Part shown: positions 1-10,190 of the stretch, piece after piece
How the letters are laid out: each line of letters begins with the position of its first letter
Numbering within the stretch: position 1 is the first letter of the stretch
Assembly: GCA_044223005.1 (NCBI GenBank)
Contig: JBGAML010000002.1
Span: 32,001 to 96,000 of the forward strand
From: Candidatus Eiseniibacteriota bacterium
GTDB taxonomy: Bacteria > Eisenbacteria > RBG-16-71-46
Direction of reading: 5' to 3'
Length of the DNA stretch: 64,000 nucleotides
Made by a program: the position numbers and the translations under genes
Notes under the pieces: model-generated
The model's database searches: none
Seen by the model: only the letters and a program-made list of their open reading frames with translations
Told to the model about the DNA's origin: nothing

Positions 1-1716
1 GCGCCCAACGGCCGCGTCCGCGCCCTCGCGAGCAACGCGCTGACCGTCTGGGCAGGCGGCGAGTTCTCCACGCTCGGCGGCCAGCCGCGCGCCTATCTCG
101 GCGCCGTGAGCGTCTCGACCGGCCTCGCGACCAGCTTCGTCGCCGACGCCGACTACAACGTCAACGCGCTCGTGCTCGCGATCAACAAGCTCTACGTGGG
201 CGGCGAGTACAGCACGATCGGCGGGCAGTACCGCACCGGGCTCGCGGCCCTCAACGCGACGACCGGCGCCGTCACGAGCTGGCAGCCGCTGCCCAACGAC
301 GTCGTGAACGGCATCGCGCTCAACGGCCGCAACCTCTACGTCGGCGGCCGCTTCACCGCGATCGGCGGCAAGGTGTTCGCGAATCTCGCCGTCGTCGACA
401 CGATCGTGGGGACGGCGTCGAACTGGAATCCCAGGCCCGACGGCGAGGTGCTTGCGGTCGGCGCGTACCGCGGAACGATCTCGTTCGGCGGCAGCTTCGG
501 GACCGTGAACGGCGTCGACCGCGGCTACCTGGCCGCGCTGAACCTCGTCACCGGCGCGGCGACGGCGTGGAACCCGGCGCCGGACGCGCCCGTCACCTCG
601 CTCGCGACGAGCGGCGGCGTGGTCTACGCGGGCGGCTCGTTCGCGACGGTCGGCGGCCTGCCACGGGCGTCGATCGCGGCGCTCGACACGCTGACCGGGG
701 CCGCGACCGCGTGGAACCCGACGGCCGGCGAAGCCGTGACCGGGATCCTGCCGTGGGCGGGCAAGGTCTACCTGAGCGGCCTCTTCACGACCATGGGCGG
801 GCAGACGCGCAACTTCATCGCCGCCGTCGATTCGGCGAGCGGTGCGCTGCTGCCGTGGGATCCGAACGCGGATCTCGAGGTGGACGGCGTCCTGCCGTAC
901 AACGGCCAGCTCTACGCGTGGGGACTCTTCAACACGATCGGCGGCCAGGCGCGCCACTTCGCCGCGGCGCTCGACACGGCGACGGGCCTCGCGACGGCGT
1001 TCGACCCGAATCCCAACAACATCGTGTACACGCTCGTGCCGGCCGCCGGCACGATCTACGCCGGCGGGAAGTTCACCTCGATCGGCGGCGCAACGCGCAA
1101 CCGGCTCGCCAACCTCGACGCTTCGACGGGTGCCGCGGGCGCGTGGAACCCCAACGTCGCGAGCGGATTCGTGACGTCGCTGCTCCCGCTCAACTCGTCG
1201 ATGTACGTGGCCGGCTCGTTCGCGACCGTGAACGCCACGGCGCGCAACAACGCGGCGGAACTGAACCTCGGCTCCGGCGTGCCCACCGGCTGGAACCCGA
1301 ACGTCGGCGGGGAAGTGGACGCGATGGCGATCTTCGGCACGACGGTCGTGGTCGGCGGGCTGTTCCCCTCGGTCGGCTCGAACCCGCTGCGGAGCCTGGC
1401 GGTCATGAGCAGCAACACCACCGGTGTTTCCGATCCGCCGGCGGTGGCGGTCGGACTGCAGCTCGCGCCCAACGAACCGAACCCGTTCGCGCGCGCGACG
1501 ACGATCCGCTTCTCGCTGCCCGCGGCCTCGGCGGTGACGCTGGAGATTTTCGATCTTTCGGGCCGCCGCGTCGCGCAGCCGCTCGCCGGCGCGACCATGA
1601 GCGCCGGGCCGCACGCGCTCGAGTTCCGACCCGCGGGCCTCGCGGCCGGCGTGTACGTGTGCCGGCTGCAGGCGGGCGCGCTGCGCGCCTCGCGGAAGCT
1701 GGTCCTGGTCCACTGA
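1..1716 (+). CDS. Secreted beta-propeller repeat protein (WNP/GG-F repeats) with C-terminal T9SS/FlgD-like sorting domain; 5'-partial
   Basis: Frame is open from base 1 (APNGRVRALAS...). About 50-aa repeats 'W.P.P...V.A......YAGG.F..IGG..R..LAA.D..TG'. C-terminus 'PNPF...TTIRFSLP...V.L.IFDLSGRRV...GVY.CRL'. Confidence 0.8.
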   Translation, partial: APNGRVRALASNALTVWAGGEFSTLGGQPRAYLGAVSVSTGLATSFVADADYNVNALVLAINKLYVGGEYSTIGGQYRTGLAALNATTGAVTSWQPLPNDVVNGIALNGRNLYVGGRFTAIGGKVFANLAVVDTIVGTASNWNPRPDGEVLAVGAYRGTISFGGSFGTVNGVDRGYLAALNLVTGAATAWNPAPDAPVTSLATSGGVVYAGGSFATVGGLPRASIAALDTLTGAATAWNPTAGEAVTGILPWAGKVYLSGLFTTMGGQTRNFIAAVDSASGALLPWDPNADLEVDGVLPYNGQLYAWGLFNTIGGQARHFAAALDTATGLATAFDPNPNNIVYTLVPAAGTIYAGGKFTSIGGATRNRLANLDASTGAAGAWNPNVASGFVTSLLPLNSSMYVAGSFATVNATARNNAAELNLGSGVPTGWNPNVGGEVDAMAIFGTTVVVGGLFPSVGSNPLRSLAVMSSNTTGVSDPPAVAVGLQLAPNEPNPFARATTIRFSLPAASAVTLEIFDLSGRRVAQPLAGATMSAGPHALEFRPAGLAAGVYVCRLQAGALRASRKLVLVH

Positions 1717-1826
1717 CCGCCGCGGCGGACGATGCGTCCCGCCCCGGCCGTTCGCGGTGGTAGATTGACCGGGTCGCGCTCCCGCCCGGCAGGACGCCGC
1801 CCGGACCGCGCCTCGGAGGAACATGC

Positions 1827-4214
1827 ATGACGGCAGGGAAGGCCGTGCGCTTCGTCGTCGCCCTCGCGCTGCTCGCGCTCGCGGCCGCCGCGCCCGCGTT
1901 CGCGCAGGATCCCGCGACGCTCCACCTCGCGCCCGAGGCTCGCGCGCATCTCGCGGCCGCGGCGGATGCGCCCGGCCTCGCGCCGTGGCAGCGCGCGCTC
2001 ATGCGCGACCCCGCGGGCGACGCTTCGTCCGCCGCGGCGACCGCCGCCGATGGCGCGTGGACACCGCTTGCCGCGGTCGCGCGGCGCGGGCACACCGCCG
2101 TGCTCGATCCCGTCCGCCAGCGCGTGCTCGTGTTCGGCGGCGAAAACGCGGGCCTGCACGCCGACGTCTGGGCGCTCGCGCTCACGGGTACGCCCGCATG
2201 GACGCGGCTCGCGGTCGCGGGCACGCCGCCGTCGCCCCGCTCGCGGCACGCCGCCGCGTACGACGCGGCGCGCGACCGGATGCTCGTGTTCGGCGGCGAC
2301 GATGGCAACCGGCGCAACGATGTCTGGGCGCTCGCGCTCGCGGGCACGCCCGAGTGGACGGAGATCGTTCCCGCCGGCACGCCGCCGAGCCCGCGTGCGG
2401 CGGCCTCCGTGGTGGTGGACGTCGCGCGCGATCGCGCGATCGTGTTCGGCGGCGATGACGGTGCACCGCTCGGTGACGCGTGGGCCCTCTCGCTCGCCGG
2501 CACGCCCGCGTGGACACCGCTCGCGCCGGCGGGAACCCCGCCGGTCGCGCGCCAGGGTGCGGGCGCGGTGCTCGATGCGGCGCGCGATCGCATGCTCGTG
2601 TTCGGCGGCTGGGACGGCTCGGAACTCGGCGACACCTGGGCACTCTCGCTGGCCGGGGGCACGGAGTGGCACGTCGTCTCGCCGGACGCGTCGGGCCCGG
2701 CGGGCCGGCACGACGGCGTCACCGTGTTCGACACCGCCCGCGACCGGCTGGTGATCTTCGGCGGCTCGAGCGACGCCGGCCCCGCGCAGGACGCGTGGGC
2801 GCTCTCGCTCGCCGATTCGCAGTGGACCTCGCTCTCGCCCGTCGTGACGCCGATCACGCCCCGCGTCGCGCTCGTGGGCGTCTACGACTCCGCGCATGCG
2901 GCGTTGCTCGTGCACGGCGGCGACGACGGTTCGATCGCCGGCGACACGTGGTCGCTGGCGCTCGCGGGCGATCCGGCGTGGTCCGCGTTCGCGCCGCAGC
3001 CGCCGGCACGCGCGTACGCGAGCGTCGTGCTCGATCCCGTGCGCCACCGGCTCGTGGTGTTCGGCGGCCTGCAGGGTGAGACGCGGCTCGCGGACACGTG
3101 GGCGCTCTCGCTGGGCGCCACGCCGGCGTGGACGCAGCTGCAGCCGCTCGGCGCGCCGCCCAGCGCGCGCTACCGGCACACGGCGATCTACGATCCCGTG
3201 CGCGACCGCATGCTCGTGTTCGGCGGCTGGGACGGTGCCTATCGCAACGACGTCCGCGCGCTGCAGTTCTCGGGCACGCTGCTCTGGGCCGCGGTGACGC
3301 CCACCGGCACGCCGCCCTCGGCGCGCATGGGCCACACGGCGATCTACGACCCCGTGCGCGATCGCATGCTCGTGTTCGGCGGCTTCGGCGGCACGCTGCT
3401 CAACGACACGTGGGCGCTCTCGCTCGCAGGCACGCCCGCGTGGTCGGCCGTGAACGCGGGCGGCACGCTGCCCGGGATGCGTGAGGCGCACGCGGTCTTC
3501 TATGACGCGCCGCGCGATCGCATGGTGATCGTGGGCGGCTACGGCACGCTGGTGAGTGACGACTGGGCGCTCTCGCTCGCCGGCACGCCGGCGTGGTCGG
3601 CACTGGCGGCGGGACCGGGGCCGAACGACATGCGTTTCGACTTCGCGGGTGCGTACGACGCGGCGCGCGGCACGTATGTGCTGTTCGGGGGCACGGACCT
3701 GATCGGGCAGTGGTACCACGACACGTGGACGCTCGCTCCAGCGCCGCCGCCCGCGTGGACGCCGCTTGCTCCGGCGGGTGCGCCGCCGGGTGCGCGCGCG
3801 GGGCACGCGGGTGCGTTCGACGCCGCGAGTGATCGGCTGCTGGTCTTCGGTGGGCTCACGCTCGAGGCGGGATGGAGCAGCGAGGTGTGGGCGCTCGATC
3901 GCACCGCGGCGGGTGCCGTGCCGCCGCCGGCGGCGACGGGCGTGGCGCTCGCGCCGCCCGCGCCCAACCCGTTCGCGGTTTCGACCGCGGTTCGCTTCAC
4001 GCTGTCGCACACCGCGCACGTCCGGCTCGACGTGCTCGACTTCGCGGGCCGCCGCGTGCGCACGCTGGTCGACGGCGAGCGCGAAGCGGGGCCGAACGCC
4101 GCGGCCTGGGACGGGCGCGACGATGCGGGACACGACCTGCCCCCCGCGGTCTACCTGCTCCGGTTCGCCGTCGCCGGCCACACCGAATCGCGACGCATCG
4201 TCCGGATCCGCTGA
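1827..4214 (+). CDS. Secreted Kelch-repeat (12 blades) protein with C-terminal FlgD-Ig/T9SS-like domain
   Basis: Signal peptide ending AFA-Q; 12 repeats of 'YDPVRDRMLVFGG...DTWALSL.GTPAW'; C-terminal 'PNPF...WDGRDDAG...PAVYLLR'; GGAGG RBS upstream. Confidence 0.85.
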   Translation: MTAGKAVRFVVALALLALAAAAPAFAQDPATLHLAPEARAHLAAAADAPGLAPWQRALMRDPAGDASSAAATAADGAWTPLAAVARRGHTAVLDPVRQRVLVFGGENAGLHADVWALALTGTPAWTRLAVAGTPPSPRSRHAAAYDAARDRMLVFGGDDGNRRNDVWALALAGTPEWTEIVPAGTPPSPRAAASVVVDVARDRAIVFGGDDGAPLGDAWALSLAGTPAWTPLAPAGTPPVARQGAGAVLDAARDRMLVFGGWDGSELGDTWALSLAGGTEWHVVSPDASGPAGRHDGVTVFDTARDRLVIFGGSSDAGPAQDAWALSLADSQWTSLSPVVTPITPRVALVGVYDSAHAALLVHGGDDGSIAGDTWSLALAGDPAWSAFAPQPPARAYASVVLDPVRHRLVVFGGLQGETRLADTWALSLGATPAWTQLQPLGAPPSARYRHTAIYDPVRDRMLVFGGWDGAYRNDVRALQFSGTLLWAAVTPTGTPPSARMGHTAIYDPVRDRMLVFGGFGGTLLNDTWALSLAGTPAWSAVNAGGTLPGMREAHAVFYDAPRDRMVIVGGYGTLVSDDWALSLAGTPAWSALAAGPGPNDMRFDFAGAYDAARGTYVLFGGTDLIGQWYHDTWTLAPAPPPAWTPLAPAGAPPGARAGHAGAFDAASDRLLVFGGLTLEAGWSSEVWALDRTAAGAVPPPAATGVALAPPAPNPFAVSTAVRFTLSHTAHVRLDVLDFAGRRVRTLVDGEREAGPNAAAWDGRDDAGHDLPPAVYLLRFAVAGHTESRRIVRIR

Positions 4215-4240
4215 CGGCTCGGCCGCACTCGGGAGGTCCC

Positions 4241-5350
4241 ATGCCGAAGAACGTGGTCGTCTGCTGCGACGGCACCAATGGCCAGTTCCGGCTGCGCAAT
4301 ACGAACGTCGTGCGGCTCTACGAACTGCTCGAGCAGGATCCGGAGCGCCAGGTCGCGTTCTACGATCCCGGGCTCGGCACCATGGGCGCGACCGGCACGT
4401 GGACCACGCTCGGCCAGACGTTCACGCGGCTGCTCGGGCTCGCGTTCGCGTTCGGGCTCAAGGAGCGGATCGGCGACGCCTACCGGCACGTGATCGAGTA
4501 CTGGGAGCCCGGCGACCGGCTCTTCCTCTTCGGCTTCAGCCGCGGTGCCTACACCGTGCGCGCGCTCGCCGCGCTGATCCACATGTTCGGCGTGATCCGC
4601 CGCGGCAACGAGAACCTGATCCCGTACGTGACCGACATGTTCGGGCGCCGGAGCGAGGAGGTGTTCCGGCTCGCCGCCGAGTTCAAGCCGCGCTTCGCGC
4701 GCGAGTGCCCGGTGCACTTCGTCGGCGTGTGGGACACGGTGAGTTCGGTCGGCTGGATCTACGACCCCGTTCGGCTGCCGTACACCGCGAACAACCCCTC
4801 GATCCGCATCGGCCGCCACGCGATCGCGATCGACGAGCGCCGCTGCTTCTTCCGCCAGAACGTCTGGGGCGAGCCCGTGACCGGGCAGGACTTGAAGCAG
4901 GTGTGGTTCGCCGGCGTGCACGGCGACGTGGGCGGCGGCTACGCGGCCGCCGAGGAGGGACTGCCCAACGTCCCGCTCTGGTGGATGGCCGACGAGGCGC
5001 GACGCGCGGGCTTGCGGCTGGACCGCGATCGCGTCACCGCCGCGCTCGCGCGCGCCGGCAGCCGCCCGGACGCGTTCGGGCCCGCGCACGAATCGCTGAC
5101 CGGCGCGTGGCGGCTGCTCGAGTGGTGGCCCAAGCGCTGGTGGGATTCGCGGACCGACACGTACCGCTGGCGCATCCCGCTCGGCGAGCGCCGCTTCATC
5201 CCGGCGGGCGCGATCGTGCACCAGAGCGTGCAGGCGCGCCTCTCGCACCCGGATTCGCGCTACGCGCCGCCCAACCTGCCGCGCGAGTTCGCCCTCGAAC
5301 CCTACGACCACGCCCCGGCCTCGCTGGATCCCGACACGCTGCTGGCGTGA
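4241..5350 (+). CDS. DUF2235 / Tle1-like alpha/beta hydrolase (phospholipase family)
   Basis: Motifs 'KNVVVCCDGT', 'TNV.RLY', 'YDPGLGT', 'GFSRGA', 'GVWDTV', 'HAIAIDERR', 'WFAGVHGDVGGG'; GGGAGG RBS before ATG 4241. Confidence 0.9.
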   Translation: MPKNVVVCCDGTNGQFRLRNTNVVRLYELLEQDPERQVAFYDPGLGTMGATGTWTTLGQTFTRLLGLAFAFGLKERIGDAYRHVIEYWEPGDRLFLFGFSRGAYTVRALAALIHMFGVIRRGNENLIPYVTDMFGRRSEEVFRLAAEFKPRFARECPVHFVGVWDTVSSVGWIYDPVRLPYTANNPSIRIGRHAIAIDERRCFFRQNVWGEPVTGQDLKQVWFAGVHGDVGGGYAAAEEGLPNVPLWWMADEARRAGLRLDRDRVTAALARAGSRPDAFGPAHESLTGAWRLLEWWPKRWWDSRTDTYRWRIPLGERRFIPAGAIVHQSVQARLSHPDSRYAPPNLPREFALEPYDHAPASLDPDTLLA

Positions 5351-5477
5351 GTGCGAAACGCGTGGCGATTTGCGGGGCGAGCGGGGGGGGGTAGATTCTC
5401 GGCAGCGACTGGCCGCGCGAGTCCCCCGTTCGACCGTTGACGACACACCGAGGCGCTGCGGTGTGGGGGAGGACTGC

Positions 5478-8294
5478 GTGAAACCGTGTCTCGCGAGTTC
5501 GTACGCCGCGCTGATGGTGCTGGTGCTCGCCGTGCCGCCACCCGTCGCGTACGCCGATGCCGTCGGCCAGTGGGTGCGTTCGTCCCCCGGAGCCGCCATC
5601 GGCGCGAGCAGCGCGTGGGATCCCGTGCACCGCCGGCAGTACGTCTTCGGGGGCCAGCACGACGCCGGCCTCAGCAGCGACGTGGTCACGATCGAGCCGG
5701 GTGATCCTCCGGTCGTGCGCCTTCTCGTGACGGCCGGCCCCAAACCGCGGCCGCGCACGGGCGCTCTCGTCGTCTACGATTCGAACCGGAACCGCCTCGT
5801 GGTCTTCGGCGGGCGCGACCTCCTCGGGCCGTTGCTCGCCGACGTCTGGACGCTCGCGTTGGACGGCACTCCCACGTGGACGGAACTCGCGCCGGACAGC
5901 ACGGGACCCGAGGGACGCTTCGGCGCGAGCGGCGTCTACGAGCCCAGCTCCGATGCTCTCGTGCTCTTCGGAGGCGACAGGGGAGGCCCCACGTTCGCGG
6001 ACGCATGGAAGCTCTTGTTCGCGGGGTCGCCGACCTGGCATCCGCTCGCGACCTCGGGCGACTCGCCCTCGGGACGCGCGTATGCGCCCGCGATTCTCGA
6101 CCCGGTGCGCCACCGGATGGTGATCCACGGGGGCTACACGTCGGGCAGTGCCGAGCTCGCCGATACACGCAACTGGTCGCTCGCGCTCGACGGTGCTCCC
6201 GTGTGGACGCGACTCGCCGACGGCGGCCCCGTCGACGAGGCGGCGTCGCAGGTGGCGGCGTACGACGCGCGGCGCGACCGCATGCTGGTCGTCGCGGGAG
6301 GGTTGTACACGGCGGCCAGCGTCTGGGCGTGGCCGCTCTCGGGTGCGTCGTCGTGGTCGGTGGTGCCGGCTTCGGGCACCGCGTCGCGACCTCAGATCTC
6401 GTCCCGCCATGTCGCGGCCTGCGATTCCACGTCGGACACCGTAATGGAGTGGAATGGAGGCTTCGACGCGCGGGTGTACTCGCTCGCACTCGCCGATCCG
6501 CCGACGTGGACGGGGGCCGTGCCGGGAGCCGCGTTTCCGGGTGAGCACCCCAACGGCAGCGTGGCCTTCGACCCCGTCGGGCCGCGCGTCCTGATGATGG
6601 GTGGCCGCAGCGATGCGGGCGGCCAGGACGTCCTCGCGTTCCCTCCACTCGAACCCGCGATGGCGCTCCTCGCGAACCCCTTGCCGCCGTCCGCAACGCG
6701 CCGGAACCAATCCACGATCGTCGACCCTGTGCGGCGGCGGCTGATCTGCTTCGGGGGCAACCGCTCGCCGTCGCCACCGCAGACGTGGTGGAACGACGTG
6801 TGGACGTTGCCCCTCGAGGGCGGTGATTGGGCACCGCTCGCGACCTCGGGCACGGCACCCGATCCTCGCGAGCAGTGCGCCGCGATCTACGATCCCGTGC
6901 GCGACCGCATGCTCGTGTTCGGGGGCCTCGCCTCGACGTCCCTGGACGACGTCTGGGCGCTCACGCTCGGCGAGACACCCACGTGGTCGGCGCTCACGCC
7001 CTCCGGGACCCCGCCCTCGCCGCGCTACGCGACGACGGCGGCCTATGACGCGCTGCGGGATCGCGTGCTCTTCTTCGGCGGAATCGCCGCCGGCGCCGGA
7101 CCGTCCGAAACCTGGGCCCTCACGCTCGCCGGGACGCCCGCATGGAGTCCGCTCACCACGTCGGGCGCGCCGACGACCGTCACGATCGGGTCGCCGGCCG
7201 CGTACGACGCACTCCGGGACCGGCTGGTCGTGTGGGACGGGACGATCGGCGTGAACTGGACCCCGGTCGTCCGCACGCTCGATCTCTCGAACCCCGTCGC
7301 GTGGTCGACGTTCAGTCCGCCGGGTGATTCGACGACTCCCCAGATCCGGATGTATGGAGTCGCCGATCCCGAACACGATGCGATGGTGTTCGTGAACTCG
7401 TATGGCGGGATCTTCTCGCTTCGCTGGGGCGAGGCGCCCACAGTCGAACTGTCCTGCCCCGGGGACACGACGTGGACGCCCGGCGCGACGATGACGATCC
7501 CGTGCACGATCTCGAATCCCTACGCGTTCGCGCAGACGGCGGATTGGATCGCCACGAGCGCACGGGCGTGGGCGGGCACACCGGTCTCGGGCCAGGTGAC
7601 GGTCGGCGCGGGAGGAATCGCCTCGTTCGCCGTGCCGATCGCCGTGCCCGACACGGTGAGCGCGGGCCTCGGCCGCCTCGCGATCGACGTCACGTTGCGC
7701 TCGGTGTCGCGCGCGGTGTCGCGAAGCGTCGCGCTCCACGACGCCGCGACCGCCGTCCAGGTGACGCTCGTGCGCGCGGATGCCGTCGCGAGTGGTGTTC
7801 GGCTCGCCTGGCAGGTGTCGTCCGGTGCCGGCACGAACGGCATCGTGGAACGGCAGGCCGGGACGGAGGGGTGGATCGAGATCGCGAGCTTGCGCGCCGA
7901 CGCTGGCGGAGTGCTGGTCCTCGACGATGCGGACGTTCGGCCGGGCGCGCGCTACGGCTACCGGCTTCGCCTCCCGGCGATGTCTTCCGTACCGTTCGCC
8001 GAGACTTGGATCGAAGTTCCGGTCCGCCCCGCGTTCGGTCTTCTCGGCGCGTCGCCCAATCCCTCGGGCGCGGACGCCCAGGTGGAGCTCTCGCTGCCCG
8101 ATGCCACGCCGGCGCGGCTGGAACTGCTGGACGTGGGTGGCCGGCGCGTCGCCGTCCGCGAAGTCGGTGTGCTCGGCGGCGGCCGCCACGTCGTGGCGCT
8201 GGGCGCGGGGGCGCCGATCGCGCCCGGGGTCTACTTCGCGCGACTCACTCGGGAGTCCCGCCACGCGGAGGCCCGCATCGTCGTCGTACGGTGA
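5478..8294 (+). CDS. Secreted Kelch-repeat protein with Ig-like linker domains and C-terminal sorting-type domain
   Basis: GTG after GGAGGA; hydrophobic N-terminus; about 12 'YDPVRDR..VFGG' repeats; C-terminal 'PNPS...LSLP...LELLDVGGRRV...PGVYFARL'. Confidence 0.8.
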   Translation: MKPCLASSYAALMVLVLAVPPPVAYADAVGQWVRSSPGAAIGASSAWDPVHRRQYVFGGQHDAGLSSDVVTIEPGDPPVVRLLVTAGPKPRPRTGALVVYDSNRNRLVVFGGRDLLGPLLADVWTLALDGTPTWTELAPDSTGPEGRFGASGVYEPSSDALVLFGGDRGGPTFADAWKLLFAGSPTWHPLATSGDSPSGRAYAPAILDPVRHRMVIHGGYTSGSAELADTRNWSLALDGAPVWTRLADGGPVDEAASQVAAYDARRDRMLVVAGGLYTAASVWAWPLSGASSWSVVPASGTASRPQISSRHVAACDSTSDTVMEWNGGFDARVYSLALADPPTWTGAVPGAAFPGEHPNGSVAFDPVGPRVLMMGGRSDAGGQDVLAFPPLEPAMALLANPLPPSATRRNQSTIVDPVRRRLICFGGNRSPSPPQTWWNDVWTLPLEGGDWAPLATSGTAPDPREQCAAIYDPVRDRMLVFGGLASTSLDDVWALTLGETPTWSALTPSGTPPSPRYATTAAYDALRDRVLFFGGIAAGAGPSETWALTLAGTPAWSPLTTSGAPTTVTIGSPAAYDALRDRLVVWDGTIGVNWTPVVRTLDLSNPVAWSTFSPPGDSTTPQIRMYGVADPEHDAMVFVNSYGGIFSLRWGEAPTVELSCPGDTTWTPGATMTIPCTISNPYAFAQTADWIATSARAWAGTPVSGQVTVGAGGIASFAVPIAVPDTVSAGLGRLAIDVTLRSVSRAVSRSVALHDAATAVQVTLVRADAVASGVRLAWQVSSGAGTNGIVERQAGTEGWIEIASLRADAGGVLVLDDADVRPGARYGYRLRLPAMSSVPFAETWIEVPVRPAFGLLGASPNPSGADAQVELSLPDATPARLELLDVGGRRVAVREVGVLGGGRHVVALGAGAPIAPGVYFARLTRESRHAEARIVVVR

Positions 8295-8438
8295 GCCGGG
8301 TGGCGGCCCCGAGGCGTCGTCGGATCTCGCGCTCGTGCCCACGGCCCGCTCGGCCGGTCCCAAATCCATTGCGACGCCCCCGGCGGCCGTGGTAGCCGTT
8401 CGGCCTCGCCGCAGCACCATCACCCGAGTTGGGAGGTC

Positions 8439-9035
8439 GTGATGAAGAACGTCGTCCGGATCCTGCTGATCGTCATCGTGGCGCTGGTCGCCTTCATCTG
8501 GTCGCGGCCGGGGCACTATCACGTGGAGCGCTCGGTCACCGTTCCGGCACCCGCCGAGGCGGTCTACGCGACGCTCGCGGACTTCCACCAGTTCAACCAG
8601 TGGTCTCCGTGGTCCAAGCTCGATCCGGCGATGACCACGTCGTACGAGGGCCCCGAGTCCGGCGTGGGTGCGGCGTACCACTGGGCCGGCAACGACAAGG
8701 TCGGCGAGGGCTCGATGAAGATCATCGAGGCGACCCCGCCCAGCCGGATCGGCATGCAGCTCGAGTTCCTCAAGCCGTTCAAGGACACGAGCCGGACCGC
8801 GTTCACGCTCGCCCCGGACGGCGACGGCACCAAGGTGACGTGGGCGATGGACGGCGACATGAACTTCATCAGCAAGGCGATGTGCCTGATGAAGCCCATG
8901 GACGCGATGATCGGCCCCGACTTCGAGAAGGGCCTCGCCACGCTTTCGACCGTCGTGGCCAGCGCGGCCGCCGCGGGTGGTGCTCCGGCCGATTCGAGCG
9001 CGCCCGCCGCGCCGACGGGACTCACGGCGAAGTAG
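8439..9035 (+). CDS. SRPBCC (polyketide cyclase/dehydrase-like) family protein with N-terminal membrane anchor
   Basis: 'VERSVTVPAPAEAVY...W.PW...DP...GVGA.Y.W.GN..VG.G.M.I...F.KPF...IG.DFEKGL' is typical of this subfamily. Confidence 0.85.
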   Translation: MMKNVVRILLIVIVALVAFIWSRPGHYHVERSVTVPAPAEAVYATLADFHQFNQWSPWSKLDPAMTTSYEGPESGVGAAYHWAGNDKVGEGSMKIIEATPPSRIGMQLEFLKPFKDTSRTAFTLAPDGDGTKVTWAMDGDMNFISKAMCLMKPMDAMIGPDFEKGLATLSTVVASAAAAGGAPADSSAPAAPTGLTAK

Positions 9036-9052
9036 CGCCCCCGCGGAGACGA

Positions 9053-9086
9053 CGACGCCGCGGCCCGGTCACGGGCCGCGGCGTCG
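9053..9086. terminator. Perfect 15-bp hairpin between convergent genes
   Basis: CGACGCCGCGGCCCG-gtca-CGGGCCGCGGCGTCG. Confidence 0.6.
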
Positions 9087-9106
9087 CGCGTTTCGGGGCA
9101 GACGGA

Positions 9107-10123
9107 CTACTTCGCGGCGGCCGTGGCGCCGACCACGAGCGCGCGGATCTCGTCCTCGATCGAGCCGGGCATGCCCATGTTCGCGGCGAACTTCATCTTG
9201 CCCGCGTCCTCGAAGTACATCTTCATCCGGTACATCCCGTCGACGGTCGTCGCGCGCAGGTTGCCGCCGTCGCGATGGATCACGATTTCGATCGGGTACG
9301 CGGCGGCATGCGCGAGCCCCGGGCAGCGGTAACGGCTGCGACTGCCGTCGCCCCCGGCGCCCACGATCGCGAACGACTTCGCTTCCATCGCCGCCCCCGA
9401 GACGCCGAGCACGATCACGCCCGGATCGGCGAGCTCGATCCGGTACACGTTTCGGATCTGCCAGCGGCCGCGCGCGCCGCCTCGCTCGATCGCCGCCGCG
9501 ATGCGGTCGGCGAACGCACCGAGGTCCTCGGGCCGGCTCGAGGGGGTGCTCGCCAGCACGTGCACCTTTTCCGGGAACGGTCCGCCGGCCATCACGCCCA
9601 TCGTGCGGCCGATGAGCCCGCGATCGCGCACCTGGCCGAAGCCACGATTGACCGCATGGCCGTGCAGACCGGCGGCGAGGTGGGCGAGGTCGCGGAGCAG
9701 CGCCTCCGAGGACGCTTCGAAGCCCGTCTCCGCCACGATCGTGCGGGCGATCGAGAGCGGATTGACCGCGGCGAGGTGCTTACCCGCCTCGTCCTCGAAG
9801 AGCACGAGCCGTACCGGCACCGCGAACGCCGCCGTGGCGCCGTGCGCGAGCACCTGCCGGGCCCAGGCCGGCGCCACGAGCACGAACACGCGTGCGTGGA
9901 AATCGCAGGCGTTCCGGTCCACCGCGACGTCGTGCACCGCGGCGACGCTCCAGCCGGCGGCGGCGGCTCCGTCGCGGAGCGAGGCGGTGAGCTGGTCGAA
10001 CGATCCCGGCAGCGAATCGGCGAGCACGACGTAGACGGGCTGTCGTGCGTCGAGGGCCTGCGCGGGTGACACGAACGCGAGAGCTCCGGCGAGGAGCGCG
10101 ATCGCGAGGAACAGGCGAGACAT
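9107..10123 (-). CDS. Periplasmic protein, probably tandem DUF302-like domains
   Basis: Signal peptide (AQA-L); two similar alpha/beta segments ('SFDQLTASLR...GW.V...HD', 'PVRLVLFEDEAG.HLAAVNP', 'YPIEIVI..DGG...'). Last gene of the sulfur cluster. Confidence 0.5.
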   Translation of the reverse strand: MSRLFLAIALLAGALAFVSPAQALDARQPVYVVLADSLPGSFDQLTASLRDGAAAAGWSVAAVHDVAVDRNACDFHARVFVLVAPAWARQVLAHGATAAFAVPVRLVLFEDEAGKHLAAVNPLSIARTIVAETGFEASSEALLRDLAHLAAGLHGHAVNRGFGQVRDRGLIGRTMGVMAGGPFPEKVHVLASTPSSRPEDLGAFADRIAAAIERGGARGRWQIRNVYRIELADPGVIVLGVSGAAMEAKSFAIVGAGGDGSRSRYRCPGLAHAAAYPIEIVIHRDGGNLRATTVDGMYRMKMYFEDAGKMKFAANMGMPGSIEDEIRALVVGATAAAK

Positions 10124-10190
10124 CCGGCCTCCGGGAACCGTGAGGCCGGAGACGCCTCGCGGCGTCCCCGGCCTCCGGATCGTCATGGGG

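Noticed and set aside
2090..3900. Repeated DNA such as gatcccgtgcgcgaccgcatgctcgtgttcggcggc resembling an array
   Set aside because: In-frame, degenerate Kelch coding repeats; no constant repeat with unique spacers and no cas genes, so not CRISPR.
1056..8681. Very long antisense or alternative-frame ORFs (e.g. 1056-4181 -, 5196-8681 -; also 28146-32024 +, 46375-48867 +, 58863-61691 +)
   Set aside because: Arg/Ala/Pro-rich shadows of high-GC genes with no motifs; the opposite strand carries recognisable proteins.
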